Part shown: positions 1 through 10,660 of the stretch, piece by piece
Layout of the letters: each line of letters starts with the position of its first letter
How positions within the stretch are numbered: the stretch's first letter is position 1
DNA from: Erysipelotrichaceae bacterium
GTDB taxonomy: Bacteria > Bacillota_I > Bacilli_A > Erysipelotrichales > Erysipelotrichaceae
Direction of reading: 5' to 3'
Assembly: GCA_045599505.1 (NCBI GenBank)
Contig: JAZRWC010000067.1
Coordinates: 1 to 60,545, forward strand
DNA: 60,545 nt
Notes under the pieces: model-generated
What the model saw: only the letters and a program-made list of their open reading frames with translations
What the model was told of the DNA's origin: nothing
The model's database searches: none
Position numbers and translations under genes: made by a program

Positions 1-278
1 GTTCCATAAGGCTCATCATTAAGCCATTTACCCTCAATATAACTATACGTTGAATCTTGTCCAACAACAAATGAGAAAACCCCAACAATTTCTTCACCAT
101 CGCAAATCACATAGCTATTATGATTATTAATATCATTAATTACTAAATTATCTGCAGGAGAAGAATCCTTCCATTGGTTTGGATTGCCTGTTTTCTTCAT
201 AAAGCTTCTGGCATAAGAGTATATATTTTGAATCTGGTCCCAATCGGACATTTCTGTATTACGAATAGTTAAGTTCAT
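1..278 (-). CDS. GNAT family N-acetyltransferase (3' end cut by window edge)
   Basis: Not in the ORF track because it runs off the window. My translation from the ATG at 276-278 is MNLTIRNTEMSDWDQIQNIYSYARSFMKKTGNPNQW...GKWLNDEPYGT, typical of small Firmicute GNAT proteins. The start abuts the stop of the upstream gene. Confidence 0.7.
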   Translation of the reverse strand, partial: MNLTIRNTEMSDWDQIQNIYSYARSFMKKTGNPNQWKDSSPADNLVINDINNHNSYVICDGEEIVGVFSFVVGQDSTYSYIEGKWLNDEPYG

Positions 279-1247
279 TTATATTCTATTTAGTTCCTTA
301 TCTTTCTTAAAATAGTATGTTTCTACTTTTCCTGGATAACCAGTCGTATAACTGATATCTCCAATGACATCTAAAAAATCGTTTAACTGAATCTTTTGAT
401 TTAATAGTTCATTAAGAACTCCTAAATTATTGCACGCTTTATTCATTCCATTACTGAATAGTTCTTCAAAGCTAGTAGTATAGCTATTATTTTCATTACA
501 AGGATCATACCACTTATCTCTTCGGTAGTTCATGGCATCCATCTTCTCATCATATTTAATAGGAATTAACATGCTTGTACCTAATCCTGGCATATTGAAT
601 ATCTTTTCCAATTTCTCAAAAAGAGGATATTTCTTACCATCAGGATCATTTAGTACTGTCTCAATAAAATATGCATCCTTATAAGCATCTTCAAAAACCT
701 TTAAACTGAATGTTTTCTCATATGTCTTATTAACCGCAAAGTGTAATAACTTAGCTATGCTAGCTTTCTCTTTTTTATTTAGCTTAATGATATTGTTATA
801 TTTAATATCGTGTAAATCTATCTTAAATAAGTCCAACATTCCTCTATCAATCTGACATTCTAACAATTGATGAGCAGGATATGTCTTCTCATATTTTGAA
901 TCTGTTAAATAGTATACATATGGATGAGCAATTGAATCTAAGGCATTATGACAAACAAATCCAGCTATATAAGCTAACATAGTCTCATCATCTTCCTTAA
1001 TTGCCATATCTAACATATTTTCAAAGAAGTCATTTACATGGTTATCATGCATAGCTGAACCTAAAGATGTTACTTCTTTTCCATTAGATTGTAGTGGTAA
1101 GCGATGGTAGAACAATAGCAAATCAGGACCTTGGCATCCCAAGGCAAAAACAGTAGGATGTTTAGAAATAAAGCTAGATACTTTACTTAAATTTACATTT
1201 AAAGATGCTTTTTGTCCTAATAGCCAATGTGTCACAAATCCTGGCAT
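279..1247 (-). CDS. zinc-dependent phospholipase C-like family protein
   Basis: His/Asp-rich motifs GFVTHWLLG, GCQGPDLL, AMHDNHV and CHNALDSIAHPYV. A GGAGG sits 7 nt before the ATG at 1247, so the track start at 1322 is probably too long. Confidence 0.5.
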   Translation of the reverse strand: MPGFVTHWLLGQKASLNVNLSKVSSFISKHPTVFALGCQGPDLLLFYHRLPLQSNGKEVTSLGSAMHDNHVNDFFENMLDMAIKEDDETMLAYIAGFVCHNALDSIAHPYVYYLTDSKYEKTYPAHQLLECQIDRGMLDLFKIDLHDIKYNNIIKLNKKEKASIAKLLHFAVNKTYEKTFSLKVFEDAYKDAYFIETVLNDPDGKKYPLFEKLEKIFNMPGLGTSMLIPIKYDEKMDAMNYRRDKWYDPCNENNSYTTSFEELFSNGMNKACNNLGVLNELLNQKIQLNDFLDVIGDISYTTGYPGKVETYYFKKDKELNRI

Positions 1248-1363
1248 ATTCATTCCTCCATTCCACAACCCATTATAATTATAATGTAAAAGGTTATTAT
1301 ATTCACTAAAAAGGCCAATCACTTTATTAGCGATTGACCTTATTTTTACATAGAATAATTTAC

Positions 1364-1657
1364 TTACTCTTCAATATGTTCTCTACCCATAGCGATGATT
1401 GTCTTAACATGTTCATCAGCTAAGAAGTAGATAATCTGTTTGCCGTTTTTTCTTGATCTGACAAGCTTATTCTGCTTAAGGATTTTTAATTGATGTGAGA
1501 CTGCTGAGATAGTCATATTAAGCTGCTCAGCTATATCAGAAACACTTACCTCATCTTCAAAAAGACAGTATAAAATTCTGATTCTTGTTGAGTCTCCAAA
1601 TACCTTAAATAGCTCTGCTAAGTCATATAATTCGTTTTCATCAATTAATTTAGTCAC
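1364..1657 (-). CDS. ArsR/SmtB family metal-sensing transcriptional repressor (CadC/CzrA-like)
   Basis: Winged-HTH signature FKVFGDSTRIRILYCL...ISAVSHQLKILKQNKLV. GTG start with an AAGGAG RBS. Last gene of the metal-ATPase operon. Confidence 0.85.
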   Translation of the reverse strand: MTKLIDENELYDLAELFKVFGDSTRIRILYCLFEDEVSVSDIAEQLNMTISAVSHQLKILKQNKLVRSRKNGKQIIYFLADEHVKTIIAMGREHIEE

Positions 1658-1667
1658 TCTATTCTCC

Positions 1668-3548
1668 TTATAGCTTGCTTACAAACAACGCTCTAATCGC
1701 ATTAATAACAGCGATAACCATTACACCTACATCCGCAAAAATAGCTGCCCACATACCTGCATAACCTAATGCTCCAAGTAGTAAACATAATAGCTTAACA
1801 CCTATTGCGAAGTAGATATTCTGATATACGATACCTAAACACTTCTTAGATATTCTAACTGCTTGAGATAGTTTCAACAAGTCATCATTCATTAAAACTA
1901 CATCGCTTGCTTCAATTGCAGCATCTGAACCTAAGGCACCCATTGAGATACCGATATCTACTCTTGATAACACAGGAGCATCATTGATACCATCTCCAAC
2001 AAAGGCTACCTTACCATTATTTTGCCATTTAGCTAATATCTTTTCAATTTCATTAACTTTATCAGCAGGTAATAATTGTGAGTGTACTTCTTTGATTCCT
2101 AATTCTCTACCCACAGCTAAAGCTACATCATTATTATCACCAGTTAACATAATTGTGCTTTTAATACCTGCTTTATGCAAATTATTAATAGCTTTTTTTG
2201 CTTCTGGCTTAATAACATCGCTAATAACGATGCAACCTAAATATGTATTCTCTTTAGCTACATATACTAATGTAGCTGTCTTATCAACTTTAGTATATCT
2301 GATATTTTGGCTATCCATTAGTTTGCTATTACCAATATAGATAACACTATCATCAATAGTAGCCTTAATACCGTGACCTGCTATTTCACTAATATCTTTA
2401 ATCCTATCCTTTGATATTTCCTTACCATAAGCTTTGATGATGCTAGTTGCGATAGGATGAGATGAATAACTTTCACAATAAGCTGCTAGCTGTAATAATT
2501 CATCCTTACTAATAGTATCTTCATTTAAAATATCTACCACTTCAAATACACCCTTAGTTAATGTTCCAGTCTTATCAAAAACGATAGCTTTAACTTCACT
2601 TAATGTTTCTAAATAGTTTGATCCTTTAACTAAGATACCTTGTTTACTAGCTCCACCAATACCAGCAAAGAATGTTAATGGGATAGAAATAACTAATGCA
2701 CATGGACAAGAGATAACTAAGAAAGTTAAAGCTCTATAAACCCAATCAAACACATTAGGAGTTTCACCTAAAACTAACAATACTACTGGAGGAACGATAG
2801 CTAAAGCTAAAGCTCCATAACAAACAACTGGTGTATAGTAACAAGCAAACCTGCTAATGAAGTTTTCTGATTTAGATTTTAAGGAACTAGCGTTTTCAAC
2901 TAAATCTAAAATCTTATTAACAGTAGATTCACCAAACTCTTTTGTTGTCTGCACTTTGATTAATCCATTTAAGTTGATGCATCCACTGATTACTTCATCT
3001 CCAACTTTTACACTTCTTGGAACTGATTCACCAGTTAATGCACTAGTATTCAACATTGATTGACCTTCTACAACAACACCATCAATAGGAAGCTTTTCAC
3101 CAGGTTTAACAACGATAATTGTGCCAACCTCTACTTCATCAGGATCCACTTCAACTAGTTGACCATCTTGTTCAATATTGGCATAGTCAGGTCTGATATC
3201 CATCAACTCTGTAATATTTTTTCTACTTTTTCCAACTGCATAACTCTGGAATAATTCACCAATCTGATAGAACAGCATAACATCCACAGCTTCTTCAAGT
3301 TCAGCTATCAATATAGCTCCAATAGTAGCTACAGCCATTAAGAAGTTCTCATCAAATACCTGCCTATTCTTTATTCCCTTAATAGCTTTTAATAAGATAT
3401 CATTGCCGATAACCCAATATGCAACTAGATATATTGGCCACTGGAATAATAAATCTATCGCATCATTTTTTGGAATAAACTTAGCGACAATTATTAAGAT
3501 AATTGTCGCAATGATTCTTATTAAAACTTTCTTTTGTTTTTTAGTCAT
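1668..3548 (-). CDS. cadA: heavy-metal translocating P1B-type ATPase (Cd/Zn/Co type)
   Basis: Motifs SCPCALVIS (CPC), DKTGTLT, TGES and GDGINDAP. 626 aa with no fused N-terminal HMA domain. Confidence 0.9.
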   Translation of the reverse strand: MTKKQKKVLIRIIATIILIIVAKFIPKNDAIDLLFQWPIYLVAYWVIGNDILLKAIKGIKNRQVFDENFLMAVATIGAILIAELEEAVDVMLFYQIGELFQSYAVGKSRKNITELMDIRPDYANIEQDGQLVEVDPDEVEVGTIIVVKPGEKLPIDGVVVEGQSMLNTSALTGESVPRSVKVGDEVISGCINLNGLIKVQTTKEFGESTVNKILDLVENASSLKSKSENFISRFACYYTPVVCYGALALAIVPPVVLLVLGETPNVFDWVYRALTFLVISCPCALVISIPLTFFAGIGGASKQGILVKGSNYLETLSEVKAIVFDKTGTLTKGVFEVVDILNEDTISKDELLQLAAYCESYSSHPIATSIIKAYGKEISKDRIKDISEIAGHGIKATIDDSVIYIGNSKLMDSQNIRYTKVDKTATLVYVAKENTYLGCIVISDVIKPEAKKAINNLHKAGIKSTIMLTGDNNDVALAVGRELGIKEVHSQLLPADKVNEIEKILAKWQNNGKVAFVGDGINDAPVLSRVDIGISMGALGSDAAIEASDVVLMNDDLLKLSQAVRISKKCLGIVYQNIYFAIGVKLLCLLLGALGYAGMWAAIFADVGVMVIAVINAIRALFVSKL

Positions 3549-3554
3549 AAAAGA

Positions 3555-3773
3555 TTATAAATAGATTTCGCAATCGTCTTCTACTTTCTTGCAGTTGGCT
3601 AATACGTTTTCCATAACTTCATTAACATTAGCACCATCTTCAAACTCGACAGTCATGTTTAATGCCATAAAGTTAACAACAGCCTTCTTAACACCCTCAG
3701 TTGAGTTTGCTGCAACTTCCATCTTGTTTGCACAATTAGCGCAATCAACTTCGATCTTGTACTTCTTCTTCAT
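3555..3773 (-). CDS. heavy-metal-associated (HMA) domain protein / metallochaperone
   Basis: MKKKYKIEVDCANCANKMEV carries the CxxC metal-binding motif. The track start at 3812 falls inside the operator palindrome, so the ATG at 3773 is preferred. Confidence 0.7.
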   Translation of the reverse strand: MKKKYKIEVDCANCANKMEVAANSTEGVKKAVVNFMALNMTVEFEDGANVNEVMENVLANCKKVEDDCEIYL

Positions 3774-3795
3774 AATCCTACCTCTTCTCTTTATA

Positions 3796-3813
3796 TTTGA
3801 ACAATTGTTCAAA
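3796..3813. promoter_or_regulatory. ArsR/SmtB-type operator, perfect 18-bp palindrome TTTGAACAATTGTTCAAA
   Basis: Perfect inverted repeat with a TGAACA-N2-TGTTCA core, as in CzrA/CadC 12-2-12 operators. It lies just downstream of the -10 of the operon promoter. Confidence 0.7.
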
Positions 3814-3826
3814 TGTTTACAATATC

Positions 3827-3854
3827 ATTATACCTACTATTCTTCCCATGTCAA
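3827..3854 (-). promoter_or_regulatory. SigA-type promoter of the HMA-ATPase-ArsR operon
   Basis: On the minus strand: TTGACA (3854-3849), 16-nt spacer, TATAAT (3832-3827). Confidence 0.6.
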
Positions 3855-3973
3855 CAATTTACAAAAGAAAGTATCAAATATATGCTATAAAATAACATGA
3901 TTTTGTGTAATACTATTTATTCTTATAAACCGATTATATTATACAACCGCTGTCCCTATGTTCTTTACCCACC

Positions 3974-4006
3974 AAAAAAGAATTGCTCAACCGTGAACAA
4001 TTCTTT
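3974..4006 (-). terminator. orphan intrinsic terminator
   Basis: Stem AAAGAATTG/CAATTCTTT with a 12-nt loop, followed on the minus strand by a U-run. No intact gene lies upstream of it. Confidence 0.45.
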
Positions 4007-4830
4007 ACAACTTTAAGATTATAACCCCTAATCGATTAAAGTGTCTACTTTTTGCTTATCCAGTTCATTAACACGTCCAGATAACTGGGTACATATTAAC
4101 CTGAATATCATTTTTGTACTTTTGGTGTTCAATACATTGAAATCATATGGTTCAATTTTGTTATTAAAATATATATTAATTAGTTTCTAATTTTAGATTT
4201 CTTTACTAAATAACAAATTAGAAATAGACTCAACAAGCAGTAAATCAAGTGTTGATAATGTGACCAAACAACTAATTGTAAATTAAACAAAAACATCACA
4301 AGCAATCTATTGAATAAACCGATTGTTAGGTATCGTTTCCAAAGAAATTCTTTTCCCTTCATTAAAGATAGTATAAAGTCCAATGATGCACTAAACAAAA
4401 TAAGAGGGAAAGAATATTTTAATACGAGCAATGAAAATGATATAAAGTATTCAAAAAATTTGAGGGAAATATATTTATTTTAATATCCATACAGATTCCA
4501 AGATAATCTCATTTGATTATAATAATTTATTTCTACTACCAAATATTCATTTGAAGAAAATATACTACCTATTGCTGGGAAGGTTACTCCCCATGACACT
4601 TTTGCATTCGCAGGTCTTGATGAAGAATCAATAGCACGCATATTATTATACTATTTTATATTACTTTTAAGTCTTTAGTTTAGCAATATAAGTTAATTTT
4701 TCTGAAGATGAATATTCTATTGCTTAAGAACACCCTATTATTTATATATGTTCAGAATCTCAAAACAATTAATTCAAGTAGGAAAGATAATATTTCCTCA
4801 TTTTTTGAAGTATATATCACTCAAATTTCT

Positions 4831-5388
4831 CTAAAGCTTGTCCTTCAAATACTCAAATACCATATCTACTGGTAAGCCCATAATTGTGTAGTAGTTACCT
4901 TCAATCTTACGGATATATTTACCAGCCCAACCTTGAATAGCGTAGCCTCCAGCTTTGTCATATGGCTCTGCAGTTTCAATATATTCATCGATATCTTTGT
5001 CTGAAATATCATTGAAATATACTACAGCAGTATCTGCTACGTTATAAATTTCATCCTTGCTAATAAAGCAGATTCCAGTAATAACTTCGTGCGTTTTACC
5101 TCTTAACATCTGCATCATTTCTTTAGCTTCTTTTTTACTATGAGGTTTTCCTAATATCTTACCATCACAAGCTACTACAGTATCACTGCCTAATACCATT
5201 GCCTCAGGGTTATTGTTAAATACCGCCATGGCTTTTTGTTTAGCTAAAGATTTTACGATCTCTTGGTTAGATAAGTCGTGATTAACAATCTCATCAACAT
5301 CGCTTACCTCAACCACAAAATCCTTAGTAACATATCCCAATAGTTCTTTTCTTCTAGGAGAACCACTAGCTAAAATAATTTTTCTCAT
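4831..5388 (-). CDS. maf: Maf-like nucleoside triphosphate pyrophosphatase (septum formation protein)
   Basis: MRKIILASGSPRRKELL...YAIQG, the typical Maf signature. Confidence 0.9.
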   Translation of the reverse strand: MRKIILASGSPRRKELLGYVTKDFVVEVSDVDEIVNHDLSNQEIVKSLAKQKAMAVFNNNPEAMVLGSDTVVACDGKILGKPHSKKEAKEMMQMLRGKTHEVITGICFISKDEIYNVADTAVVYFNDISDKDIDEYIETAEPYDKAGGYAIQGWAGKYIRKIEGNYYTIMGLPVDMVFEYLKDKL

Positions 5389-5391
5389 CTA

Positions 5392-7371
5392 TTAATCCTC
5401 TTTTGATTTTAATTCTAAAATCATATCTCTTAATTGAGCAGCTCTTTCAAAGTCTAATACTCTTGCAGCCTCTCTCATTTCCTTTTCTAAGCCACTAATT
5501 AGCTTATTGATATCTTCCTTAGACTTCTTACCCATCTTCTTACCCATGTACTTAACAGCCATTTCATGAGTCTCCTTAGAATGGATGGCATCTCTAATTT
5601 CCTTTTTAATAGTCTTAGGAGTAATGCCATTTTCCTTGTTATAAGCCATCTGGATAGCTCTTCTTCTTTCAGTTTCGCTTATAGCCTTCTTCATTGATTC
5701 AGTAATAGTATCACCATACATAATTACTGTACCATTCTCATTTCTGGCTGCTCTACCGATAGTCTGAATCAAGCTTCTCTCACTTCTTAAGAAACCTTCC
5801 TTATCAGCATCTAAAATAGCTACTAAGGATACTTCAGGAATATCCAAACCTTCTCTTAATAAGTTGATACCTACTAATACATCATACTTACCTTTTCTTA
5901 AATCTCTAATGATTTCAGTTCTTTCTAAGGTCTTTGTTTCATGATGTAAGTAAGCAACCTTATACATGCTATTTTCTAAGAACTTTGTTAGTTCTTCAGC
6001 CATCTTTACAGTTAAAGTAGTAATTAATACTCTTTCACCTTTTTCGATTCTAATATCAATTTCGTGTCTTAAATCATCAATCTGGCCTTTTGTTGGTCTA
6101 ACTTCAACCATTGGATCTAATAGTCCAGTAGGGCGAATAATCTGTTGAACAACTTCACCATGAGTCTGCTCTAATTCATAGTCACCAGGAGTGGCACTAA
6201 CACAGATAATCTGATTGATTAAACTTTCAAACTCATCAAATTTTAATGGCCTATTATCTAAAGCACTAGGCAATCTAAAGCCATATTCAACTAAAGTCTG
6301 CTTTCTGCTTCTATCACCATTGTACATACCTCTTACCTGTGGTAAAGATACATGTGATTCATCGACAATTAATAAATAATCCTTAGGGAAATAGTCAAAT
6401 AGTGTAAATGATCTACTTCCTGGTTCTCTAAACTCTAACTGCCTAGAGTAGTTTTCAATACCACTGCATACACCAAACTCTCTTAAAGCTTCTAAGTCGT
6501 ATGTGCATCTTTGTTGTAAACGTTCCTTTTCTAAAGGTTTGCCATTATCTTCAAAGTACTTCAAACGCTCTTTTAATTCAGCTTCGATATTATCGCAAGC
6601 CTTTAATATATCATCCTTGTTTTTAGCGTAACCACTTGCAGGAAAGATATTATACATTGTATAAACCTGTAGAGTTTTGTTTGTTAGAGGATCTACTTCA
6701 CTTATACGATCGATAACATCATCGAATAACTCAACTCTTAACACAAAGGCATCACTATAACCTACAGAGATATCGATGACATCTCCTCTTACTCTGAATG
6801 TTCCTCTTTTCTGTTCCATATCGTTTCTAACAAACTGTCTATCAACCAACATTCTTAATAATTGGTTTCTAGTCATCGGTTCGTTTACTTTGATAGTAAA
6901 GAATAAATCACGGTATTGATCAGGATCACTTGAAGCGTAAATGCAGGCAACAGAAGCAACGATAATAGTATCGGGATGTTCAAGTACCGCATTATATGCC
7001 GCAAGTCTTAACATATCTAACTCATCATTAATCATTGAGTTCTTTTCAATATATGTATCAGTCTTTGGTAAATAAGCTTCTGGCTGGTAATAATCGAAGT
7101 TTGAAACGAAGTATTCGACATGATTGTGAGGGAATAACTCTTTAAGCTCAGTATATAATTGACCAGCTAATGTCTTATTATGAACAAACACTAATGTTGG
7201 TTTATTGATCTTTTGAATAACATTGGCAACAGTAAAAGTCTTACCTGTACCAGTAGCACCTAGTAAGACCTGATATTTCTTATTAGCTTTTAAACCTTCA
7301 ACTAACTGTTCTATAGCTAATGGTTGATCTCCTTTGGGAGTATATTCACTAACTAACTGAAATTCACTCAT
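5392..7371 (-). CDS. uvrB: excinuclease ABC subunit B
   Basis: GATGTGKT Walker A, helicase motifs, and the C-terminal UVR domain [15 protein letters not shown]. Confidence 0.97.
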   Translation of the reverse strand: MSEFQLVSEYTPKGDQPLAIEQLVEGLKANKKYQVLLGATGTGKTFTVANVIQKINKPTLVFVHNKTLAGQLYTELKELFPHNHVEYFVSNFDYYQPEAYLPKTDTYIEKNSMINDELDMLRLAAYNAVLEHPDTIIVASVACIYASSDPDQYRDLFFTIKVNEPMTRNQLLRMLVDRQFVRNDMEQKRGTFRVRGDVIDISVGYSDAFVLRVELFDDVIDRISEVDPLTNKTLQVYTMYNIFPASGYAKNKDDILKACDNIEAELKERLKYFEDNGKPLEKERLQQRCTYDLEALREFGVCSGIENYSRQLEFREPGSRSFTLFDYFPKDYLLIVDESHVSLPQVRGMYNGDRSRKQTLVEYGFRLPSALDNRPLKFDEFESLINQIICVSATPGDYELEQTHGEVVQQIIRPTGLLDPMVEVRPTKGQIDDLRHEIDIRIEKGERVLITTLTVKMAEELTKFLENSMYKVAYLHHETKTLERTEIIRDLRKGKYDVLVGINLLREGLDIPEVSLVAILDADKEGFLRSERSLIQTIGRAARNENGTVIMYGDTITESMKKAISETERRRAIQMAYNKENGITPKTIKKEIRDAIHSKETHEMAVKYMGKKMGKKSKEDINKLISGLEKEMREAARVLDFERAAQLRDMILELKSKED

Positions 7372-7374
7372 AAT

Positions 7375-7785
7375 TTACTCCAATATCTCTTTATAGTATT
7401 CTTCTATATAGTTCAACATATATTGAATATTACCTTCTCCTGCAAACTTATCAGAAGTGTAATCTTCATCTAAACTCATCCATACTAATGGATTCACCTC
7501 TTCAACTAGCTGGACTTCTTTATTTAGCTTACCAGCAAACACTTCAAGAAGTAAGTCATCTAACTTAAAATGCATATCCATAATATATGTAAGAGTAATA
7601 TCATCCTTAGTAATTCCACTTTCCTCAAATAGTTCCCTATAAGCAGCGTTATAGTCGTCTTCATTCTCTTTAACTTTGCCACCAACGAGGTTGAATTTGC
7701 CTAAGTATGGTTGTTTTACTCTTTTACACATTAGAATCTTGCGATCCTTACTATGATATACAATAATCACATTTACCTTTTTCAT
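7375..7785 (-). CDS. NUDIX hydrolase
   Basis: Nudix box GGKVKENEDDYNAAYRELFEESGI. Confidence 0.8.
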   Translation of the reverse strand: MKKVNVIIVYHSKDRKILMCKRVKQPYLGKFNLVGGKVKENEDDYNAAYRELFEESGITKDDITLTYIMDMHFKLDDLLLEVFAGKLNKEVQLVEEVNPLVWMSLDEDYTSDKFAGEGNIQYMLNYIEEYYKEILE

Positions 7786-7874
7786 ATCAACTATTATACC
7801 ACTACACTAAAAAAGAGACATTATGACTTGTCTTTACTAACTAATCATTATATCTCTATGTACTTTTTTATCTT

Positions 7875-8309
7875 TTAGAATGGTCCACAATCGCTAACTT
7901 CAATAGATTCATCATAGTTGAAATCAGTAAACAAACCTAGCACAAACATTAGTGGTCCATTTAAAACGATTCCTAATAAACAAATCTGTAGAGGCTTCAT
8001 ATCAGCCTTCTTAGCGAAGTTATACCATGCTAAACCCTTGATAATAGCTCTAGCTATCATTACCCAAATAGTCTGTTCAGTCACAAATAAAGTAACTAGA
8101 GCAGTTATGATAAAGAAAGCAATATGTAACTGACATATCTTATATAGGAAGAAGAAATCACTTACAATTGGAATAAGAGCTAAAAATCCTGAATAACCGC
8201 ATTTAGAAAAGAATTTGCATTTACCTACAAAATAAGCAATTACGCCAGCAAGAATTCCAAAAACGTATAAATAAACAACGCCTTCAAAAACAACATCAAA
8301 TATTTCCAT
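7875..8309 (-). CDS. small integral membrane protein (DUF5684-like)
   Basis: Four predicted TM segments. The KCGYSGFLALIPIVSDFFFLYKI segment resembles DUF5684 proteins. Confidence 0.4.
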   Translation of the reverse strand: MEIFDVVFEGVVYLYVFGILAGVIAYFVGKCKFFSKCGYSGFLALIPIVSDFFFLYKICQLHIAFFIITALVTLFVTEQTIWVMIARAIIKGLAWYNFAKKADMKPLQICLLGIVLNGPLMFVLGLFTDFNYDESIEVSDCGPF

Positions 8310-8311
8310 CG

Positions 8312-9736
8312 TTATTCTCCTTTAGCAAGCTGGAATGCCTTTTGAATCTGCACATCGTATTTATCTCTTTGTAGATTCCATGTTCTAACAACAGCACCAT
8401 TTCCAAGGTTGGCTGTTTCTTCATCGATAATGCCAGTAGCAGCTATTCCTGCATCTTTCTGGAAAGCCTTTAAAGCTTCTTCAGTCTGACGATCAAAATA
8501 ACCATCCATTCTACTAACATCATAGCCTAAGAAGTCTAACATCTTCTGCATTGTGGCAACCTTTTCACTTACACTATCGTATTTATAAGTCTCATCATCT
8601 TCTAGAATCAAATATCCTTCATATAGAATTGGATGTAAGCTTACAGGATAATCAGGGGCAATACCAACACCACCGATATAAACACCATTTCCACTTCTCC
8701 AAGTCAAATCAGTGTACTTTAATGCGCTGCCATCTCTAAATCTGATTGTTACCTGGGCAACCCCTTTACCATAGGTAGTATCACCAACAGTAACAGCTCC
8801 ACAGTTTTCAATCATAGCCATTGTGAATACTTCAGAACAACTAGCAGTGTCCTTATCAGTTAAGATAATGTATTTATCAAACTTGAATTTCTCACCATCA
8901 GTAACATAGTCAATAGTTTCATTTCCATCTCTATCTACTTCACGCATAATGATGTCGTTTTTATCCATAAAGTATGAACAGATAGTATCTAAAGTAGTAA
9001 CATATCCACCACCATTATCTCTTAAATCAATAATTAATGATTTAACGTTATTCTCTTTAAAGTACTCTAAATGATTCTTTAGTTCTTTTCCTGTTCCATC
9101 AGAGAATGAAGATAAAGTTAATACACCAACACCATCAATAATTTCAGAGAATACAGTATTGCTGATCTCATCACGAGTAATAGCCATATCGATAACTTCA
9201 TTACCTCTTAACAGTTTGATATGAACATCGGTTCCTTTTTTACCCGCAATAAGAGCAGCCATATCATCAATATCATTTTCGGCTACTACATTACCTTCAA
9301 TTTCAATAATAAAGTCACCAGCTAATACACCAGCAGCTTCAGCTGGAGATCCTCTAACTACTGAGATGACAAAAATGTTGTGGTCAACTTCGTTATATGT
9401 AACACCAATACCAACAAATGATGATTCTAATGATCCAGTAAACATGCTCAACTCTTCTGCTGACATATATTCAGTAAATAAGTCACCTTGAGCACTTACC
9501 ATACCATTAATGGCATCATTATATAGCTGCTTTTGGTATTCATCGCTGTTTTCACCAAAGTAGAATCTCTCCTTTAGAATTGTTACAACAGCATCCATTG
9601 TACCACCGCCAGTAGACATATTATTATTTACGCCATCACCAACAATATCACCTAGAATAAAGCCAGTTCCAAACACAAATAATATCAATAATATAACAAA
9701 TACCGAAATTAGTACTTTGCTTCCAAATCCTCTCAT
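8312..9736 (-). CDS. S41 family C-terminal processing peptidase with PDZ and C-terminal peptidoglycan-binding domain
   Basis: PDZ segment GSPAEAAGVLAGDFI, an S41 core, and the C-terminal PG_binding_1-like EEALKAFQKDAGIAATGIIDEET. An RBS favours the ATG at 9736 over the track start at 9757. Confidence 0.85.
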   Translation of the reverse strand: MRGFGSKVLISVFVILLILFVFGTGFILGDIVGDGVNNNMSTGGGTMDAVVTILKERFYFGENSDEYQKQLYNDAINGMVSAQGDLFTEYMSAEELSMFTGSLESSFVGIGVTYNEVDHNIFVISVVRGSPAEAAGVLAGDFIIEIEGNVVAENDIDDMAALIAGKKGTDVHIKLLRGNEVIDMAITRDEISNTVFSEIIDGVGVLTLSSFSDGTGKELKNHLEYFKENNVKSLIIDLRDNGGGYVTTLDTICSYFMDKNDIIMREVDRDGNETIDYVTDGEKFKFDKYIILTDKDTASCSEVFTMAMIENCGAVTVGDTTYGKGVAQVTIRFRDGSALKYTDLTWRSGNGVYIGGVGIAPDYPVSLHPILYEGYLILEDDETYKYDSVSEKVATMQKMLDFLGYDVSRMDGYFDRQTEEALKAFQKDAGIAATGIIDEETANLGNGAVVRTWNLQRDKYDVQIQKAFQLAKGE

Positions 9737-9845
9737 ATAATTCACCTTCCCCAACATTTTATCATAACAAGTTGTTTTTCGCTAATATGGACTATTTGGG
9801 TAATTCATACAGAGCAATAAAAAGGCACTTTAAAGTGCCATTCTA

Positions 9846-10337
9846 TTACAAATCCGCTTCTCCTTTAACAAGATTAGCTTTAGCTGTTAACTCTAAAACT
9901 GTTAATTTACATACAGCTGTGCGAGCTACTACAAACTTATTATATTCGAAATTTCTAGTTTCCTCATGTCTTGCCATGATGACTTCATCAATAGCTTTCT
10001 GTTTTTCTTCACCATCTAAAAATTCTACTTTGCATTTACCCATTACTGATTTATAACGCATAGTAGCGTCCTTCTTCTCAACAATGCATTCTAACTGTAT
10101 TGGTTTATCCATTTCAAAAGAACAATATGGGTTATTTTTTAACATCTCATATTTTCTTCCAGCCATTGCTCCATGGATATAAAAGCATATCTCTTCACCA
10201 TTTACAGTATAGGCAAAATTTAATGGAACAATATATGGAAAATCTCCATCAGCTAATCCTAATCTGATTATTTCACATTCATCAATAAAGCCGACAATTG
10301 TCTTAAAATCTGTTACTTCACGATCTTTTCTTCTCAT
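9846..10337 (-). CDS. pyridoxamine 5'-phosphate oxidase family (NimA-like FMN-binding) protein
   Basis: MRRKDREVTD...IIRLGLADGDFPYIVPLNF, the pattern typical of Pyridox_ox_2/Nim proteins. Confidence 0.7.
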   Translation of the reverse strand: MRRKDREVTDFKTIVGFIDECEIIRLGLADGDFPYIVPLNFAYTVNGEEICFYIHGAMAGRKYEMLKNNPYCSFEMDKPIQLECIVEKKDATMRYKSVMGKCKVEFLDGEEKQKAIDEVIMARHEETRNFEYNKFVVARTAVCKLTVLELTAKANLVKGEADL

Positions 10338-10660
10338 ATTTATTTACTCCTTGTTCATTAGCTTTTCCCATTCAATTCTAGTCATTGAATAGGTATAAGT
10401 AATCTTGTTTACTTCATCAGTATACTCCTCAAGTCTCTTTTAAACCATAGCCCATAAAACAAAGCCATAAGTTTTATATCTTTCTAAATTTCTATCGATC
10501 TAATTTCTTGTTTTAGTTTCATCAAACTTCTCCTATATTTTCACAATAATGACACAGCCATCTACTATATTCTATATGAATATACATTAATATGTTATTT
10601 TGTTCAGAATAATGTTATATTGTAGTAAATACAATGGATGATAATAAGGGAGGTCCTTCT

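Noticed and set aside
4180-4431. The 83-aa track ORF as a genuine membrane-protein gene.
   Set aside because: It has no RBS, sits in an extremely AT-rich stretch and is surrounded by other broken frames. It is more likely a fragment of a decayed gene (see the finding at 3900-4830).
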